A stretch of DNA of 64,000 nt from an uncultured delta proteobacterium. Its GTDB lineage: Bacteria; Desulfobacterota; BSN033; UBA1163. Where the stretch lies: contig CAVPSJ010000014.1 of NCBI GenBank assembly GCA_963708295.1, positions 224,001 to 288,000 on the forward strand, in the 5' to 3' direction. Of the stretch, positions 17,724 to 27,392 are shown piece by piece. The number at the start of each line of letters is the position of its first letter. The first letter of the stretch is position 1. Made by a program: the position numbers and the translations under genes. The notes below the pieces were generated by a model. The model did not search any database, was not told the DNA's origin, and was given only the letters and a program-made list of their open reading frames with translations.

Positions 17724-18485
17724 TTACGGAATCACTCTAAATTCCACTCTCCTGTTTTTGGCGCGACCCTCTGTGGTCTTATTATCAGCAATGGGCTTTT
17801 GGCTTCCATACCCCTTGATGGTCATTCGGTCGCCTTGAATGTTGAATTTATCCATGAGATACTTCTTCACACTTTGTGCTCTCTTCTCTGAAATCTTTTG
17901 TCTCGCTACCTCCGATCCCGAAAAATCCGTGTGACCTCCGATTTCAACTTTGGTGTCCGGATTGTCCTTCAGGATGGCCGCGTCTCGGTCTAAAACCTTG
18001 GCAGCTACAGGATCGATATTCGTCTTGTTCTCGTTAAAGTAGACGTTTTCGAATATCGGCACTGGCTTCGGTGGTGGAGGCGCAGGTGCCGGTGCAGGCG
18101 GCGGTGGTGGCGGTGGTTCAGGTGCCGGTGCAGGTGGTGGCGGTGGCGGTGGAGGTGGAGGTGGAGGTGGCGCCGGCTTCGCCTCTTCGCAAGGCGTTCG
18201 CTTGAGAGCCTCTAATGACTTCTCCTTGACAATCCTGGAGTGGGTATCAAGATCCTCCATTTCTCTCCAATAGTATTTCATCTCATGATCGGCCAATGCA
18301 AGGTTGGCCTCCGCGGTCGCATATTCACAGGGTGCACATTTCTTAGCTCCAGCAATGGTGGCCCGCTGGAAGGCATCCTTTGCCTCGTTATAGGACATGA
18401 CCGTTGCTTTGGGTGCACATCCTGAGGCCATGACTGCTCCTAGAATGAGGAGCAATAAGATCATCCATTTTCTGTTCATCTTCAT
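17724..18485 (-). CDS. OmpA-family lipoprotein with helical (DUF4398-like) N-domain and Pro-rich linker
   Basis: Lipobox ASGC; poly-Pro linker; GHTD, RAQSVK, NRRVEF. Confidence 0.9.
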   Translation of the reverse strand: MKMNRKWMILLLLILGAVMASGCAPKATVMSYNEAKDAFQRATIAGAKKCAPCEYATAEANLALADHEMKYYWREMEDLDTHSRIVKEKSLEALKRTPCEEAKPAPPPPPPPPPPPPPAPAPEPPPPPPPAPAPAPPPPKPVPIFENVYFNENKTNIDPVAAKVLDRDAAILKDNPDTKVEIGGHTDFSGSEVARQKISEKRAQSVKKYLMDKFNIQGDRMTIKGYGSQKPIADNKTTEGRAKNRRVEFRVIP

Positions 18486-18504
18486 AATTCACCCCCTCTC
18501 TCGA

Positions 18505-18798
18505 CTATTTTTTCCTGGTTTCAGCCAATCCAGCTTGAGCGGCGGATGTGGACCGTTGCGCAAGTCCCAGGGCTGGCCCAAAATCATTCTGGCTGAATTC
18601 AACTTTAGAAGCTTCTAAGAACTTCTCGGCGCTACAGTATTCATACGGAGCTTTTTTCTCTCCTCCTGCTCCCTTCAGTTCGGAAATCAGCTTTCCAGCA
18701 TTCCCGATCTCCTTTTTTGCGCTGAAATAATTGCAGCCAGAAAGAGAGAAGGCGAAGAAAACCAAAATAAAAAATAGCGTGAAATATCCTTTTTTCAT
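18505..18798 (-). CDS. Small lipoprotein (DUF4398-like)
   Basis: Lipobox LSGC; APYEYCSAE resembles the neighbour's APCEYATAE. Confidence 0.7.
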   Translation of the reverse strand: MKKGYFTLFFILVFFAFSLSGCNYFSAKKEIGNAGKLISELKGAGGEKKAPYEYCSAEKFLEASKVEFSQNDFGPALGLAQRSTSAAQAGLAETRKK

Positions 18799-18979
18799 AT
18801 TGTCACCCCCTTTCGAATTTCTTGGAAAACCACTCATATCTTTTAACATATCGAACCTGTTCAGACTTGTCAAGACTTTTGTGATTTTACTTGATCTTCA
18901 CTCGTCACGAATAAATGGCCGCTCGTGAGGCTTGAGGAATAAATAAGATCAATTCTGTATTGGGGAGGGGAAAACTGTG

Positions 18980-19261
18980 TTAGGGGCCGGACGCTCGACC
19001 CTTTGGATTTTGAGACTTCTTTTCAGCGAGGAATCTCTTCGCACAGTCTTTACCGCAGAAATAATAATCTCTCCCCGCTATCCTTTTCCTCACGGCGGTC
19101 CCCGCTGGGATATAGACTTGGCAACAAGGGTCTTGAAGAAGTTCTTCGGGTTCAGACTCGCTGTTCAACCTTTTCTTTCGTGTGAATATTTCTTTCACGA
19201 GGAAGTGAAGGCTCCTAGAGAGGAGGAGGAGAAGAAGAATGAATAGAAAAAGCCTGATCAT
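18980..19261 (-). CDS. YHS/TRASH domain membrane-anchored protein
   Basis: N-terminal hydrophobic helix; QDPCCQVYIP..YYFCGKDC. Confidence 0.8.
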   Translation of the reverse strand: MIRLFLFILLLLLLSRSLHFLVKEIFTRKKRLNSESEPEELLQDPCCQVYIPAGTAVRKRIAGRDYYFCGKDCAKRFLAEKKSQNPKGRASGP

Positions 19262-19336
19262 GATTCAGCCCTATCCGAGAAGCACCCCATCCCAGCCTCA
19301 AATAACAAGCCCTTTCCCATCATCCAAATTCGAAAT

Positions 19337-19470
19337 GTGAAGCTCCCCGCCCACAGGGCGGGGCTTCCGGGCACGCAGTGGCGAGCAGGATGCGAGCAAA
19401 GGAAGTTTCGTTCATAGGGTACCTCTTAACCCCGCCTCCAAGGCGGGGTCAAGAGGCACGTTCCGGCCAA
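19337..19470 (-). mobile_element. Non-autonomous IS200/IS605-like palindromic element, copy 1
   Basis: gtgaagctccccgcccacagggcggggcttcc...ttcgttcat...accccgcctccaaggcgggg...cacgttccggc; homologous to 40541 and 42130. Confidence 0.7.
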
Positions 19471-19496
19471 ATAGGATCGTCTTGGTGGTTTTGGAT

Positions 19497-19982
19497 TTAG
19501 AGCCTTTCCACCCCCTGATCCTCCTTGAGGTTGTTCAAGAGCTCTTGAATGGTCTTTTTCAAAACGGGATGGACAAGGCTTCGATCGATCTCAGCCAATG
19601 GGATGAGGACAAATTTGCGATTTTGGATGAGGGGGTGTGGAATGTGGAGTTCCTCGGTGTGAATTTCAATGTCGTCGAAGAAAAGAATGTCCAGATCAAT
19701 GGTTCGGGGTCCCCATCGAAAAGTCTGTGTGCGGCCCAACTGGGATTCAATGGCCTTCAATGTTCGGAGGAGTTCAGGAGCTTCCAGATCGGTCTCGATT
19801 TTTATGACTCCGTTCACAAACCAATCCTGGGAGGTGTAACCAACGGGTTTCGTTTTAAAGAAGGAAGATTTTGCTAAAAGTTTGTGGCGGTCCGCTTTTA
19901 GGATTTCTGAAACAGCTTTTTCACAGTTGTCTAACTTGTCGCCGATGTTCGAGCCGATTCCAATAGAGGCAATGTGTCCCAT
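19497..19982 (-). CDS. folK: 2-amino-4-hydroxy-6-hydroxymethyldihydropteridine diphosphokinase
   Basis: IGIGSNIGD, QDWFVN, WGPRTIDLDIL, IPHP. Confidence 0.94.
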   Translation of the reverse strand: MGHIASIGIGSNIGDKLDNCEKAVSEILKADRHKLLAKSSFFKTKPVGYTSQDWFVNGVIKIETDLEAPELLRTLKAIESQLGRTQTFRWGPRTIDLDILFFDDIEIHTEELHIPHPLIQNRKFVLIPLAEIDRSLVHPVLKKTIQELLNNLKEDQGVERL

Positions 19983-20013
19983 TCCGATCGGATCAAAAAA
20001 AACCCTCTGCTTT

Positions 20014-20202
20014 TCACTTTTTTTCTGAAATCTCTTCGGGTTTCTTGGGAGTGACGTCGATCTCTTCATCCTTAGTCGACTTTTTGAAATTTCTGATCCC
20101 TTTTCCGAGTCCCTCACCGATCTGAGGGAGTTTTCCCGCACCAAAAATAATCAGCACAATGACTAAAATAACGACCAACTCAGGCATCCCTATCCCAAAC
20201 AT
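20014..20202 (-). CDS. tatA: Twin-arginine translocase TatA/TatE subunit
   Basis: [40 protein letters not shown]. Confidence 0.94.
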   Translation of the reverse strand: MFGIGMPELVVILVIVLIIFGAGKLPQIGEGLGKGIRNFKKSTKDEEIDVTPKKPEEISEKK

Positions 20203-20267
20203 TTTTCTCTCCTTTTCAATCTTAACTTGATCAGAGCCTGTCACTGGCAGGCCTGTCAGTGACAATT

Positions 20268-20361
20268 TGGCGGAAGTGCATGGGAATCGAACCCACCACG
20301 GACATCTCTGCCCGTCACTGGATTTGAAGTCCAGGAGGCCCACCAGAACCTGTCCACTTCC
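20268..20361 (-). tRNA. selC: tRNA-Sec (UCA)
   Basis: GGAAGTG...CTGGTGGG..CTGGA-CTTCAAA-TCCAG, long variable arm, GTTCGATT, CACTTCC-GCCA; 94 nt. Confidence 0.93.
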
Positions 20362-20760
20362 AAATTATAACCTAATGGATTCTCTTTTCAAAGTCAAGAT
20401 TCTTGCATGCTTCGCCCTTTCCTTAGTTTTTTTCTCCCAGGGGCAGAAGATCGTCGTACCTAAGGGAGGGTTGGAAAACTTCCTGGCAATGGTGTCAAAC
20501 TCGGACTGAATAGAATTTTGCCATCCCGACAGACAAAAATGGACGCCGAGACGTCCACCGGAAGAATAGATAAAGCCACATTTTACAGGAGTTATCATGA
20601 TTAAATATCAACCCTATGGATACCGCGCCTCGAATTTGAATGAACCCCGGCATATTTCTTGAATAGACCATATCCAGAAAATCTTTCTTGAATCTTTAAA
20701 TTGTTTTAGAATTTACACGTAGACAGCTGGATCGCTGTAAAAACAAAAAAGGAGGTAAGT

Positions 20761-21288
20761 ATGAAAAGGCTTGTTGGTATTTTTATTTTTTTCGCTCTGG
20801 TAACGGCCATGGGTTGTGCCAGTTACACTCCGACCCCAGTCTACACACCGAATGAAAATTGCAAGCTCGTCGGTTTCAAGCCTGGTTTAGAGCCGAGGGG
20901 AGTGAACGGGATCGGGTGGGAAGCAGACGTGGCAACTTTCAAGGAGATGAAATCTTACAGAAAAGACTCGAGTCACGGCGGGATTCATTTCTATTTGAGA
21001 GCGGGGGATGGATACAAATTAAGAAGTGGTAAGCTGATCCCCATTCAATATGGTTTTTGGAGGGGGAAATTCTATATTGGGATGGTTATGACGGAGCAGG
21101 TTTCGGATTGGGACGCCCTAAAGGATTCCGTTTTTGAGAAATTTGGGGCGGGAGCAAAGCCATTTAGTAACAAAGAGGAATATCTGTGGATTGGTAAGGA
21201 TGTAACGATGGCATTACGATATGATGAGAATTTAAAGAAAGGCACTTACTATATCAGGTCCCACTCGATGGAAAAACAGATGCCGTAA
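20761..21288 (+). CDS. Hypothetical lipoprotein
   Basis: GGAGG RBS; signal peptide with lipobox AMGC. Confidence 0.75.
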   Translation: MKRLVGIFIFFALVTAMGCASYTPTPVYTPNENCKLVGFKPGLEPRGVNGIGWEADVATFKEMKSYRKDSSHGGIHFYLRAGDGYKLRSGKLIPIQYGFWRGKFYIGMVMTEQVSDWDALKDSVFEKFGAGAKPFSNKEEYLWIGKDVTMALRYDENLKKGTYYIRSHSMEKQMP

Positions 21289-21347
21289 GGCAAGGTGTGC
21301 TTCCAGACCACCCCCAATGGGTATGGGAGAGGAAAGGTTTCGCCTGA

Positions 21348-21408
21348 CAAAGATGAGGTCTGGCAGGATAAAAGAAATAATCTTTTAGAAATGTCTGACC
21401 TCATCTTT
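21348..21408. repeat. Imperfect inverted repeat (REP-like)
   Basis: aaagatgaggtctggca ... tgtctgacctcatcttt (15/17 complementary). Confidence 0.5.
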
Positions 21409-21763
21409 TTTCTTCAAGCCTCTTGTGCTTACCAGAATTGAGAGCGCAGCTTAGGGTTCGAGTCTTAGACCCTGCTTTTCCCGGTCCACATTCCGCAATG
21501 AAGTCAGAAATACCGTTTTTCTTCCAAGAAAATACATACTTTATCCCATGCCTCTCTTAAGGGTTTTGAATCTATTGTAATAGAGTATGGATGCCTTCTC
21601 CCATGCTTTCAGGGAAAAACTCGTTCCGTCATGGGCGAGGTACGAAGAGCCCCCTCTTGCTTAGAGGGAAGGAAAAAGATAACATGAGAAAGTTCAAAGA
21701 GGGTGCATTCGAAAGTTGAGCATCGGCCATTTTTGTGAGCGCCAAAGGGAGGGAATCTTAGTG

Positions 21764-23194
21764 ATGGGAGAGTCAAACCACGAAACCGAGCTTCTTGTCA
21801 TTGGGGCGGGGCCCGGAGGCTATTCGGCCGCGTTCCGGGCAGCGGATCTGGGAATGGAAGTAACCCTGGTAGATTTGGAGAAACGGCCGGGGGGCGAATG
21901 CCTGTTTCGGGGGTGTATTCCCTCCAAGGCGCTCCTTTACTTGGCCGAGCTTTTGTTCGATGCCCAACGCTCGGGAGAGATGGGGGTAAGGTTTGATAAG
22001 CCCCAGATCGACCTGGATCGAATACGGGCCTGGAAAGATCAGGTGGTCGACAAACTGACGAGCGGGCTGCTCACCTTGAGTAAGCGACGCAAGGTTCAAC
22101 TGGTACAGGGAAGAGCGATCTTTGAAGGGTCTGACCGGGTGCGATTGGAGGACTCGGAAATTGGCCAGATCCGGTTCCGTCATGCCATCATCGCTACCGG
22201 GTCTTACACAACCCCTTTTGGCGACATTCCCTTCGTGAGAGGGAGTCGCATCATGGATTCGGCGGGGGCACTGGAATTACCCGAGATCCCTCGGTCACTG
22301 CTCGTCCTGGGCGGCGGTTATATTGGTCTGGAGATGGGAACGTTCTACGCGGCCATGGGAAGTCGGGTCACCGTGGTGGTTCATGGCGATAGACTCCTAA
22401 GAGCTGCGGATCCGGATCTGACGAATGTATTGCTATTCAGGCTGAAGGAGGTTTTTGAAGCCATTCATTACAATACCCAGGTCTTATCCCTCAAAGAACA
22501 CAGTGAAGGAGTGGACGTCAAATTTGCGGGGGAGGTGAGTAAAACTGACCAAACCTTTGATCGAGTGCTCGTTGCTGTCGGCCGAAGGCCGAATCTGGGA
22601 AAGATCGGCCTGGAGAAAACCAGAGTGAAAGTGGACGACCAGGGTTTTGTGGTCGTGGATGAACAGCGCCGGACCACGGATGGCAACATCTTTGCCATCG
22701 GGGATGTTGCCGGAGAGCCTCTGCTCGCTCACAAAGCCTTTCGGGAAGGGAAGGTGGCAGCAGAAGTGATCAAAGGGAAGCCGTCGGCTTTTGACGTTCA
22801 GGCCATTCCGGCGGTCGTTTTTACAGATCCTCAAGTTGCCTGGACCGGTGTCACGGAGGAGCAGGCTCGAAAAGAGAACCGAAACATAAAGGTAGAGCGA
22901 TATCTATGGAAATTTTCGAGCCGTGCGACCACCATGGGTGTCTCGGACGGAGTCACCAAAATGATCCTCAATCCTGAGACAGGTCGAATCCTGGGAGTAG
23001 GAATCTGTGGTCGAAACGTTGAGGGGTTGATCTCAGAAGGCACCCTCGCCATAGAAATGGGAGCTGTCGCGCAGGATCTTGGACTCACCATTCATCCTCA
23101 TCCGACCCTTTCAGAAATGATGATGGAGACAGCGGAACTCTTCACGGGCACCGTGACCCACGTCTTGCCCGAAAAGCATTTGACCTCAGGTTGA
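21764..23194 (+). CDS. lpdA: Dihydrolipoyl dehydrogenase
   Basis: GAGPGGY, GGECLFRGCIPSK, GGGYIGLE, HPHPTLSE. Confidence 0.93.
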   Translation: MGESNHETELLVIGAGPGGYSAAFRAADLGMEVTLVDLEKRPGGECLFRGCIPSKALLYLAELLFDAQRSGEMGVRFDKPQIDLDRIRAWKDQVVDKLTSGLLTLSKRRKVQLVQGRAIFEGSDRVRLEDSEIGQIRFRHAIIATGSYTTPFGDIPFVRGSRIMDSAGALELPEIPRSLLVLGGGYIGLEMGTFYAAMGSRVTVVVHGDRLLRAADPDLTNVLLFRLKEVFEAIHYNTQVLSLKEHSEGVDVKFAGEVSKTDQTFDRVLVAVGRRPNLGKIGLEKTRVKVDDQGFVVVDEQRRTTDGNIFAIGDVAGEPLLAHKAFREGKVAAEVIKGKPSAFDVQAIPAVVFTDPQVAWTGVTEEQARKENRNIKVERYLWKFSSRATTMGVSDGVTKMILNPETGRILGVGICGRNVEGLISEGTLAIEMGAVAQDLGLTIHPHPTLSEMMMETAELFTGTVTHVLPEKHLTSG

Positions 23195-23293
23195 AAAGGC
23201 GGGGATTGATCCCGGACGCTCATGGGGCAGGGATTCAAAGAGGTGTAAAGTGCCCGGGAGAGCACGCGCTGAGCTCTTCTGCCTTCGGGAGGT

Positions 23294-23557
23294 TTATTTG
23301 TTGAAGCCAATCCGTTTATTCGGAATGGCGCCCGAAATTTTCAGTGTTTTTTCTCGGGAATGAAGGCCCTTGATAATTTCAATACAGGATGGGGGAATTC
23401 CATATTCCTTAGCCAGAAAACGGATAAGAGCTTCGTTCGCCTTTCCCTCAACGGGGGGAGCAGTCACTTTCACCTTTATCCCGTCCCGGTAGGGGCCCGC
23501 CACCTCATTCTTGGAGGACTTGGGCTGAAGGTAGACTTTTAAAAGAATCTCTTCCAT
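23294..23557 (-). CDS. DUF167/YggU family protein
   Basis: IKVKVTAPPVEGKANEALIRFLA..G..SREK. Confidence 0.9.
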   Translation of the reverse strand: MEEILLKVYLQPKSSKNEVAGPYRDGIKVKVTAPPVEGKANEALIRFLAKEYGIPPSCIEIIKGLHSREKTLKISGAIPNKRIGFNK

Positions 23558-23731
23558 TTCAACCAACCCCGATCGCCGAAGTGGGACCTCATTTGTGAAA
23601 CGGAAAAAACCTCAAAATTACAAGCACCCAATCCCCAATGGGTCCCAATTTCCAAGATCCGAAATCCCAAACAAATCAATTGGGTCATTCAGAATTGTCG
23701 CTTGGAGCTTGTTTGGAATTTGTCATTTGGC

Positions 23732-24559
23732 TTAGACCATTCCAATAAAAGAAAGCTGCCTTCCGGTTCGGCCTTCTTTGCGGTAAGAGAAATAAAGATC
23801 GCTATGGCAATGGGTGCACAGATCGACCCGGGAGATTTGTTCCTCCTGAATCCCCTCCTTTGTGATCTGATCAATATTGATTTTCGCGAGATCCACCATC
23901 CACTTTCCTGCCCCCTTTGAGACGGAAAAGGGCTTCCATTCCTGCTGGAAAACCTTTTCATCGATTTCATAACAGAAAGGCCCGATCGAGGGGCCGATGG
24001 CAATGAATAGGTTACGCGATTGGCATCCGAACTCTTCCTTCATCTTTCTCAACGCCTTTGTTGCGATGTGAAGGGCGGTTCCCTGCCTTCCAGCGTGAAT
24101 TGCCGCAATTACCTTCTTTTTTTGATCAACGACAAAGATGGGAAGGCAATCTGCCGTCAGAATGGCCAGGAAGAGGCCGGGGCAATCCGTGATCAGCCCG
24201 TCGTATTCTAAAACGGGGGGAAGGAGAGGGGTCGGTTTTTTCAGAAGAAGGATCTGGTCCTGATGCATTTGATCGAGTCGAACCAAACGGCCGAAATCAA
24301 ACCCAAACGTTTTGGCAATGAGATCTCCATTCCGACGGACAAATCCTTCTTGATCACCGTTCTTGTCGCTCAGGTTGAGGGAATCATAGGGGGGAAGGCT
24401 CGTCCCTCCCTGGCGGGTTAGAAAGGCATGGCGAACCCATCCGATTCCTGCGAAATCAGGAATTTCGAAATAAGAGAAGTTGTTCTTAGTTTTCAACGAG
24501 GGCCGATGAAGAATATTCAATTTATTCTCCAGACGGAATACTGGAATGCAGGATGCCAA
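23732..24559 (-). CDS. pgeF: PgeF/YfiH family protein (start uncertain)
   Basis: HAFLTRQGG, QMH, TADCLP, HAGRQG, GPSIG..CYE, FSYR. Confidence 0.9.
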   Translation of the reverse strand: MASCIPVFRLENKLNILHRPSLKTKNNFSYFEIPDFAGIGWVRHAFLTRQGGTSLPPYDSLNLSDKNGDQEGFVRRNGDLIAKTFGFDFGRLVRLDQMHQDQILLLKKPTPLLPPVLEYDGLITDCPGLFLAILTADCLPIFVVDQKKKVIAAIHAGRQGTALHIATKALRKMKEEFGCQSRNLFIAIGPSIGPFCYEIDEKVFQQEWKPFSVSKGAGKWMVDLAKINIDQITKEGIQEEQISRVDLCTHCHSDLYFSYRKEGRTGRQLSFIGMV

Positions 24560-24594
24560 AACCTTGGATAAGAGACATGGAAGACCCGTTTTTC

Positions 24595-25587
24595 TTATCC
24601 ATGTTTAGCCCGTAGCTGCAACCACTCCAGCAATTCGTTCATGTCATGAGGGATGGGTGAAACAAATTCCATTCGCTCCCCAGTTCGAGGGTGATCGAAT
24701 TTCAACCGATGGGCATGAAGCGCCTGACGGTCCATGCTCTTCACACACTCTCTCAAAATCGGGTCATGGATCGTCCCGGGTCTTCCTCTTCTTCCGTAGA
24801 GAGGGTCTCCCAGCAGAGGATGACCGACGGAGGAGAGGTGTACTCGGATCTGGTGGGTTCGGCCGGTCTTAGGAAAAATCTCAAGGAGCGTGCAGTTCTC
24901 AAACTCTTCGGCCTTTTTCCAGCGGGTGATGGCTGCCCTCCCTCTCCTGACCCGTGTGGACATCCGTTTTCTCTGGCTGGGGTGCCTTCCGATGGCCGAA
25001 TCGATCAAGCCTTCCTCCTGGCCGAATTTGCCGTAGACAATGGCCAGATAGACCTTTTCCACAGTCCGGTTTTTAAACTGTTTCGCGAGATGATGAAAAG
25101 CCCCGTCCTCTTTAGCGACGACCATCACACCGGAGGTGTCCTTGTCCAACCGATGCACAATCCCCGGCCTTAAGACCCCATTGATCCCGGAGAGGTCTTC
25201 GCAGTGATAGAGAAGGGCATTGACCAATGTGCCGGAAGGGTTTCCGTAAGCGGGATGAACGACCATTCCCGGAGGCTTGTCAATGACGATGATCGAGGGG
25301 TCTTCATAAAGGATGGTGAGGGGAAGGGGTTCCGGCTTGAGGGAAAGGGGCTCGGGCTCGGGAAGAGATCCAGAGACCCTGTCGCCAGCCTTCACGTGAG
25401 CACCGGGCTTTGTCGGCTTCTGATTGAGAAAGATCAGATGTTTCTCAATCAGGTTCTTTGCCTGGGAACGCGAGAGATTCAGGGTGGCTCCCGAGAGGAA
25501 TTGGTCAAGGCGCCTTCCGTGATACTTCTCGGAAACGAGAATCGAAAAGGACTTACCTCCGTCGTTGTCTTTGAGCAAATGGGTCAT
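24595..25587 (-). CDS. rluD: RluA-family 23S rRNA pseudouridine synthase
   Basis: S4 domain, KPPGMVVHP, HRLDKDTSG, TGRTHQIRVH. Confidence 0.92.
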   Translation of the reverse strand: MTHLLKDNDGGKSFSILVSEKYHGRRLDQFLSGATLNLSRSQAKNLIEKHLIFLNQKPTKPGAHVKAGDRVSGSLPEPEPLSLKPEPLPLTILYEDPSIIVIDKPPGMVVHPAYGNPSGTLVNALLYHCEDLSGINGVLRPGIVHRLDKDTSGVMVVAKEDGAFHHLAKQFKNRTVEKVYLAIVYGKFGQEEGLIDSAIGRHPSQRKRMSTRVRRGRAAITRWKKAEEFENCTLLEIFPKTGRTHQIRVHLSSVGHPLLGDPLYGRRGRPGTIHDPILRECVKSMDRQALHAHRLKFDHPRTGERMEFVSPIPHDMNELLEWLQLRAKHG

Positions 25588-25593
25588 TCCACG

Positions 25594-25731
25594 CAAGCAC
25601 CAAATTCCAAGCGCCAAACAACAAACAAATTCCAACGGTTCAAATTCGAAATTTCAAAGAAAACCGGTTGGGTGATGAAATGGGAATTTGGAGTTTATTT
25701 GGGATTTGGAATTTGTGGTTTGGGATTTCAG
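25594..25731. repeat. Inverted pair of ~7-nt periodic tracts
   Basis: caagcaccaaattccaagcgccaaacaacaaacaaattccaa ... ttggagtttatttgggatttggaatttgtggtttggg; same family at 23614-23731. Confidence 0.6.
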
Positions 25732-25734
25732 ACG

Positions 25735-27183
25735 TTATGTCCTTTGTTCTTTGCGCTTCGCGATACGCGCGAGCGCGTTATCAATCCCGGCAGCCAAAAG
25801 GGGGATCTCTTCATCGAAGACGGTTCTCATGTCCAGGATCAATTCTTCTTTGCTGATTCTCGCAATGACAGGAGGATCGCCCTTTCTCAAAGTTTCTTCA
25901 AAGCTGTTTACGGAAAAGTCAAGCGGTTTGGCGGCGACGACCGTGGTTGGGAGTTCCTGAAGGGGAAGGGCGCCACCGCCCACCTGAGAGACATCTTCTC
26001 TCAATGAGAACGTCATCCTTTCATTCGTCCTCCCCGCCAGCCTTTTCAGCAACCGTTTTCCTCTCCTCGTCAGCTTCTTCGTGTCCAAACTCAGCATCCT
26101 GAGCGTGGGAATTTCTTCCATGGCCCTCTTCTCGTCGAGGTAAACGAGGAGCGTCGACTCGAGAGCAGCCAGGGTAAGCTTGTCGATGCGGAGGGCCCGG
26201 GCCAAGGGATTGACTTTGAAAAGGTCCAAAATGGTTTTCTTCCCCAGAATGATTCCCGCTTGAGGGCCTCCTAGGAGCTTGTCCCCGCTGATGGTGACCG
26301 CGTCCACGCCCGTTTTGATCGCCTCCTGGACGGTAGGCTCCTTCTCCAATCCGTACTGGGTGAGGTCGATGAGACAGCCACTTCCTAAATCATCCACGAC
26401 AGGAACGTGATGCTCCCTACCGAGCTGCACCAGGTCCTGAAGGGAGACTTCGGAGGTAAACCCCATCACCCTGAAATTACTGGTGTGGACTTTGAGAAGC
26501 AGAGCCGTGTGAGGGCCGATGGCCGTCTGGTAATCGTTGAAGTGCGTACGGTTGGTCGTGCCGACCTCCCTCAGCAAAGCCCCGCTTCGTTTCATGACAT
26601 CGGGGATGCGAAAAGCCCCCCCGATTTCGACGAGTTCTCCTCTGGAGACGATCACCTCCTTACCTTCTGCGAGAGTATTCAGAACGAGGAGGACAGCCGC
26701 GGCATTATTGTTCACCACCAGCGCCGATTCTGCTCCCGATAGACGGCAGAGACTCTCTTCCACCGGAGAGGATCGATCTCCCCGCTCGCCCCGCTCGAGG
26801 TCATATTCCAAATTGGAATAGGTTTTAGAGACCTCTATCAAATGATGGATCGCCGAAGGGTGAAGGGGAGCTCTTCCGAGATTGGTGTGGATGACGACTC
26901 CGGTCGCATTGATCACCCTGCGGAGCCGGGGTTGGATCTGAAGGTCGATCTCCTTCTGAAAAAGAGGGTAGAGGTTTTCGAAGGCAAAAACGGCCTCTCC
27001 GGGTTGAGGGAGGTCTTTTTCGCGGAGGATTTCATCACGCAGTCGTCCTAATCCCCTTCGGATGGCTTCGACCACGACCTTGCGAGGATAGACCTGTAAG
27101 AGATCAGCGACCTGCTGTTTTGAGAGGAGTTCATCAACACTGGGGATCTCACGGAGCACCTGTTGACGAAGGGATGGGGACAT
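25735..27183 (-). CDS. selA: L-seryl-tRNA(Sec) selenium transferase
   Basis: VINATGVVIHTNLGRA, VVNNNAAA, SRGELVEIGG, SGDKLLGGPQAG. Confidence 0.96.
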   Translation of the reverse strand: MSPSLRQQVLREIPSVDELLSKQQVADLLQVYPRKVVVEAIRRGLGRLRDEILREKDLPQPGEAVFAFENLYPLFQKEIDLQIQPRLRRVINATGVVIHTNLGRAPLHPSAIHHLIEVSKTYSNLEYDLERGERGDRSSPVEESLCRLSGAESALVVNNNAAAVLLVLNTLAEGKEVIVSRGELVEIGGAFRIPDVMKRSGALLREVGTTNRTHFNDYQTAIGPHTALLLKVHTSNFRVMGFTSEVSLQDLVQLGREHHVPVVDDLGSGCLIDLTQYGLEKEPTVQEAIKTGVDAVTISGDKLLGGPQAGIILGKKTILDLFKVNPLARALRIDKLTLAALESTLLVYLDEKRAMEEIPTLRMLSLDTKKLTRRGKRLLKRLAGRTNERMTFSLREDVSQVGGGALPLQELPTTVVAAKPLDFSVNSFEETLRKGDPPVIARISKEELILDMRTVFDEEIPLLAAGIDNALARIAKRKEQRT

Positions 27184-27392
27184 GACTTAAACCTCATTGA
27201 AAATTGCAAAGCGCAAAATGAAAAATGCAAAATTTAAGAAGATCCTAACAACCCATTCTAAGATTGAGGTTCAGGTTAAGGCTTGAAGCCAGGCAACCCC
27301 GGGTTTCAAGCGTTAAAGATGAATTCTTAAGTTAGGCTGTGTGAGATAGATTTTGTAATTTTCAATTTGCAATTTGCGTTTTGCAATGCAGT

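Noticed and set aside
18064-18176. GGT/GGC tandem repeats as a repeat array
   Set aside because: They encode the Pro-rich linker of the OmpA-family protein.
21764-23194. Stand-alone lpdA as part of a novel complex
   Set aside because: Ordinary sequence; its partners are probably encoded elsewhere and nothing local supports more.
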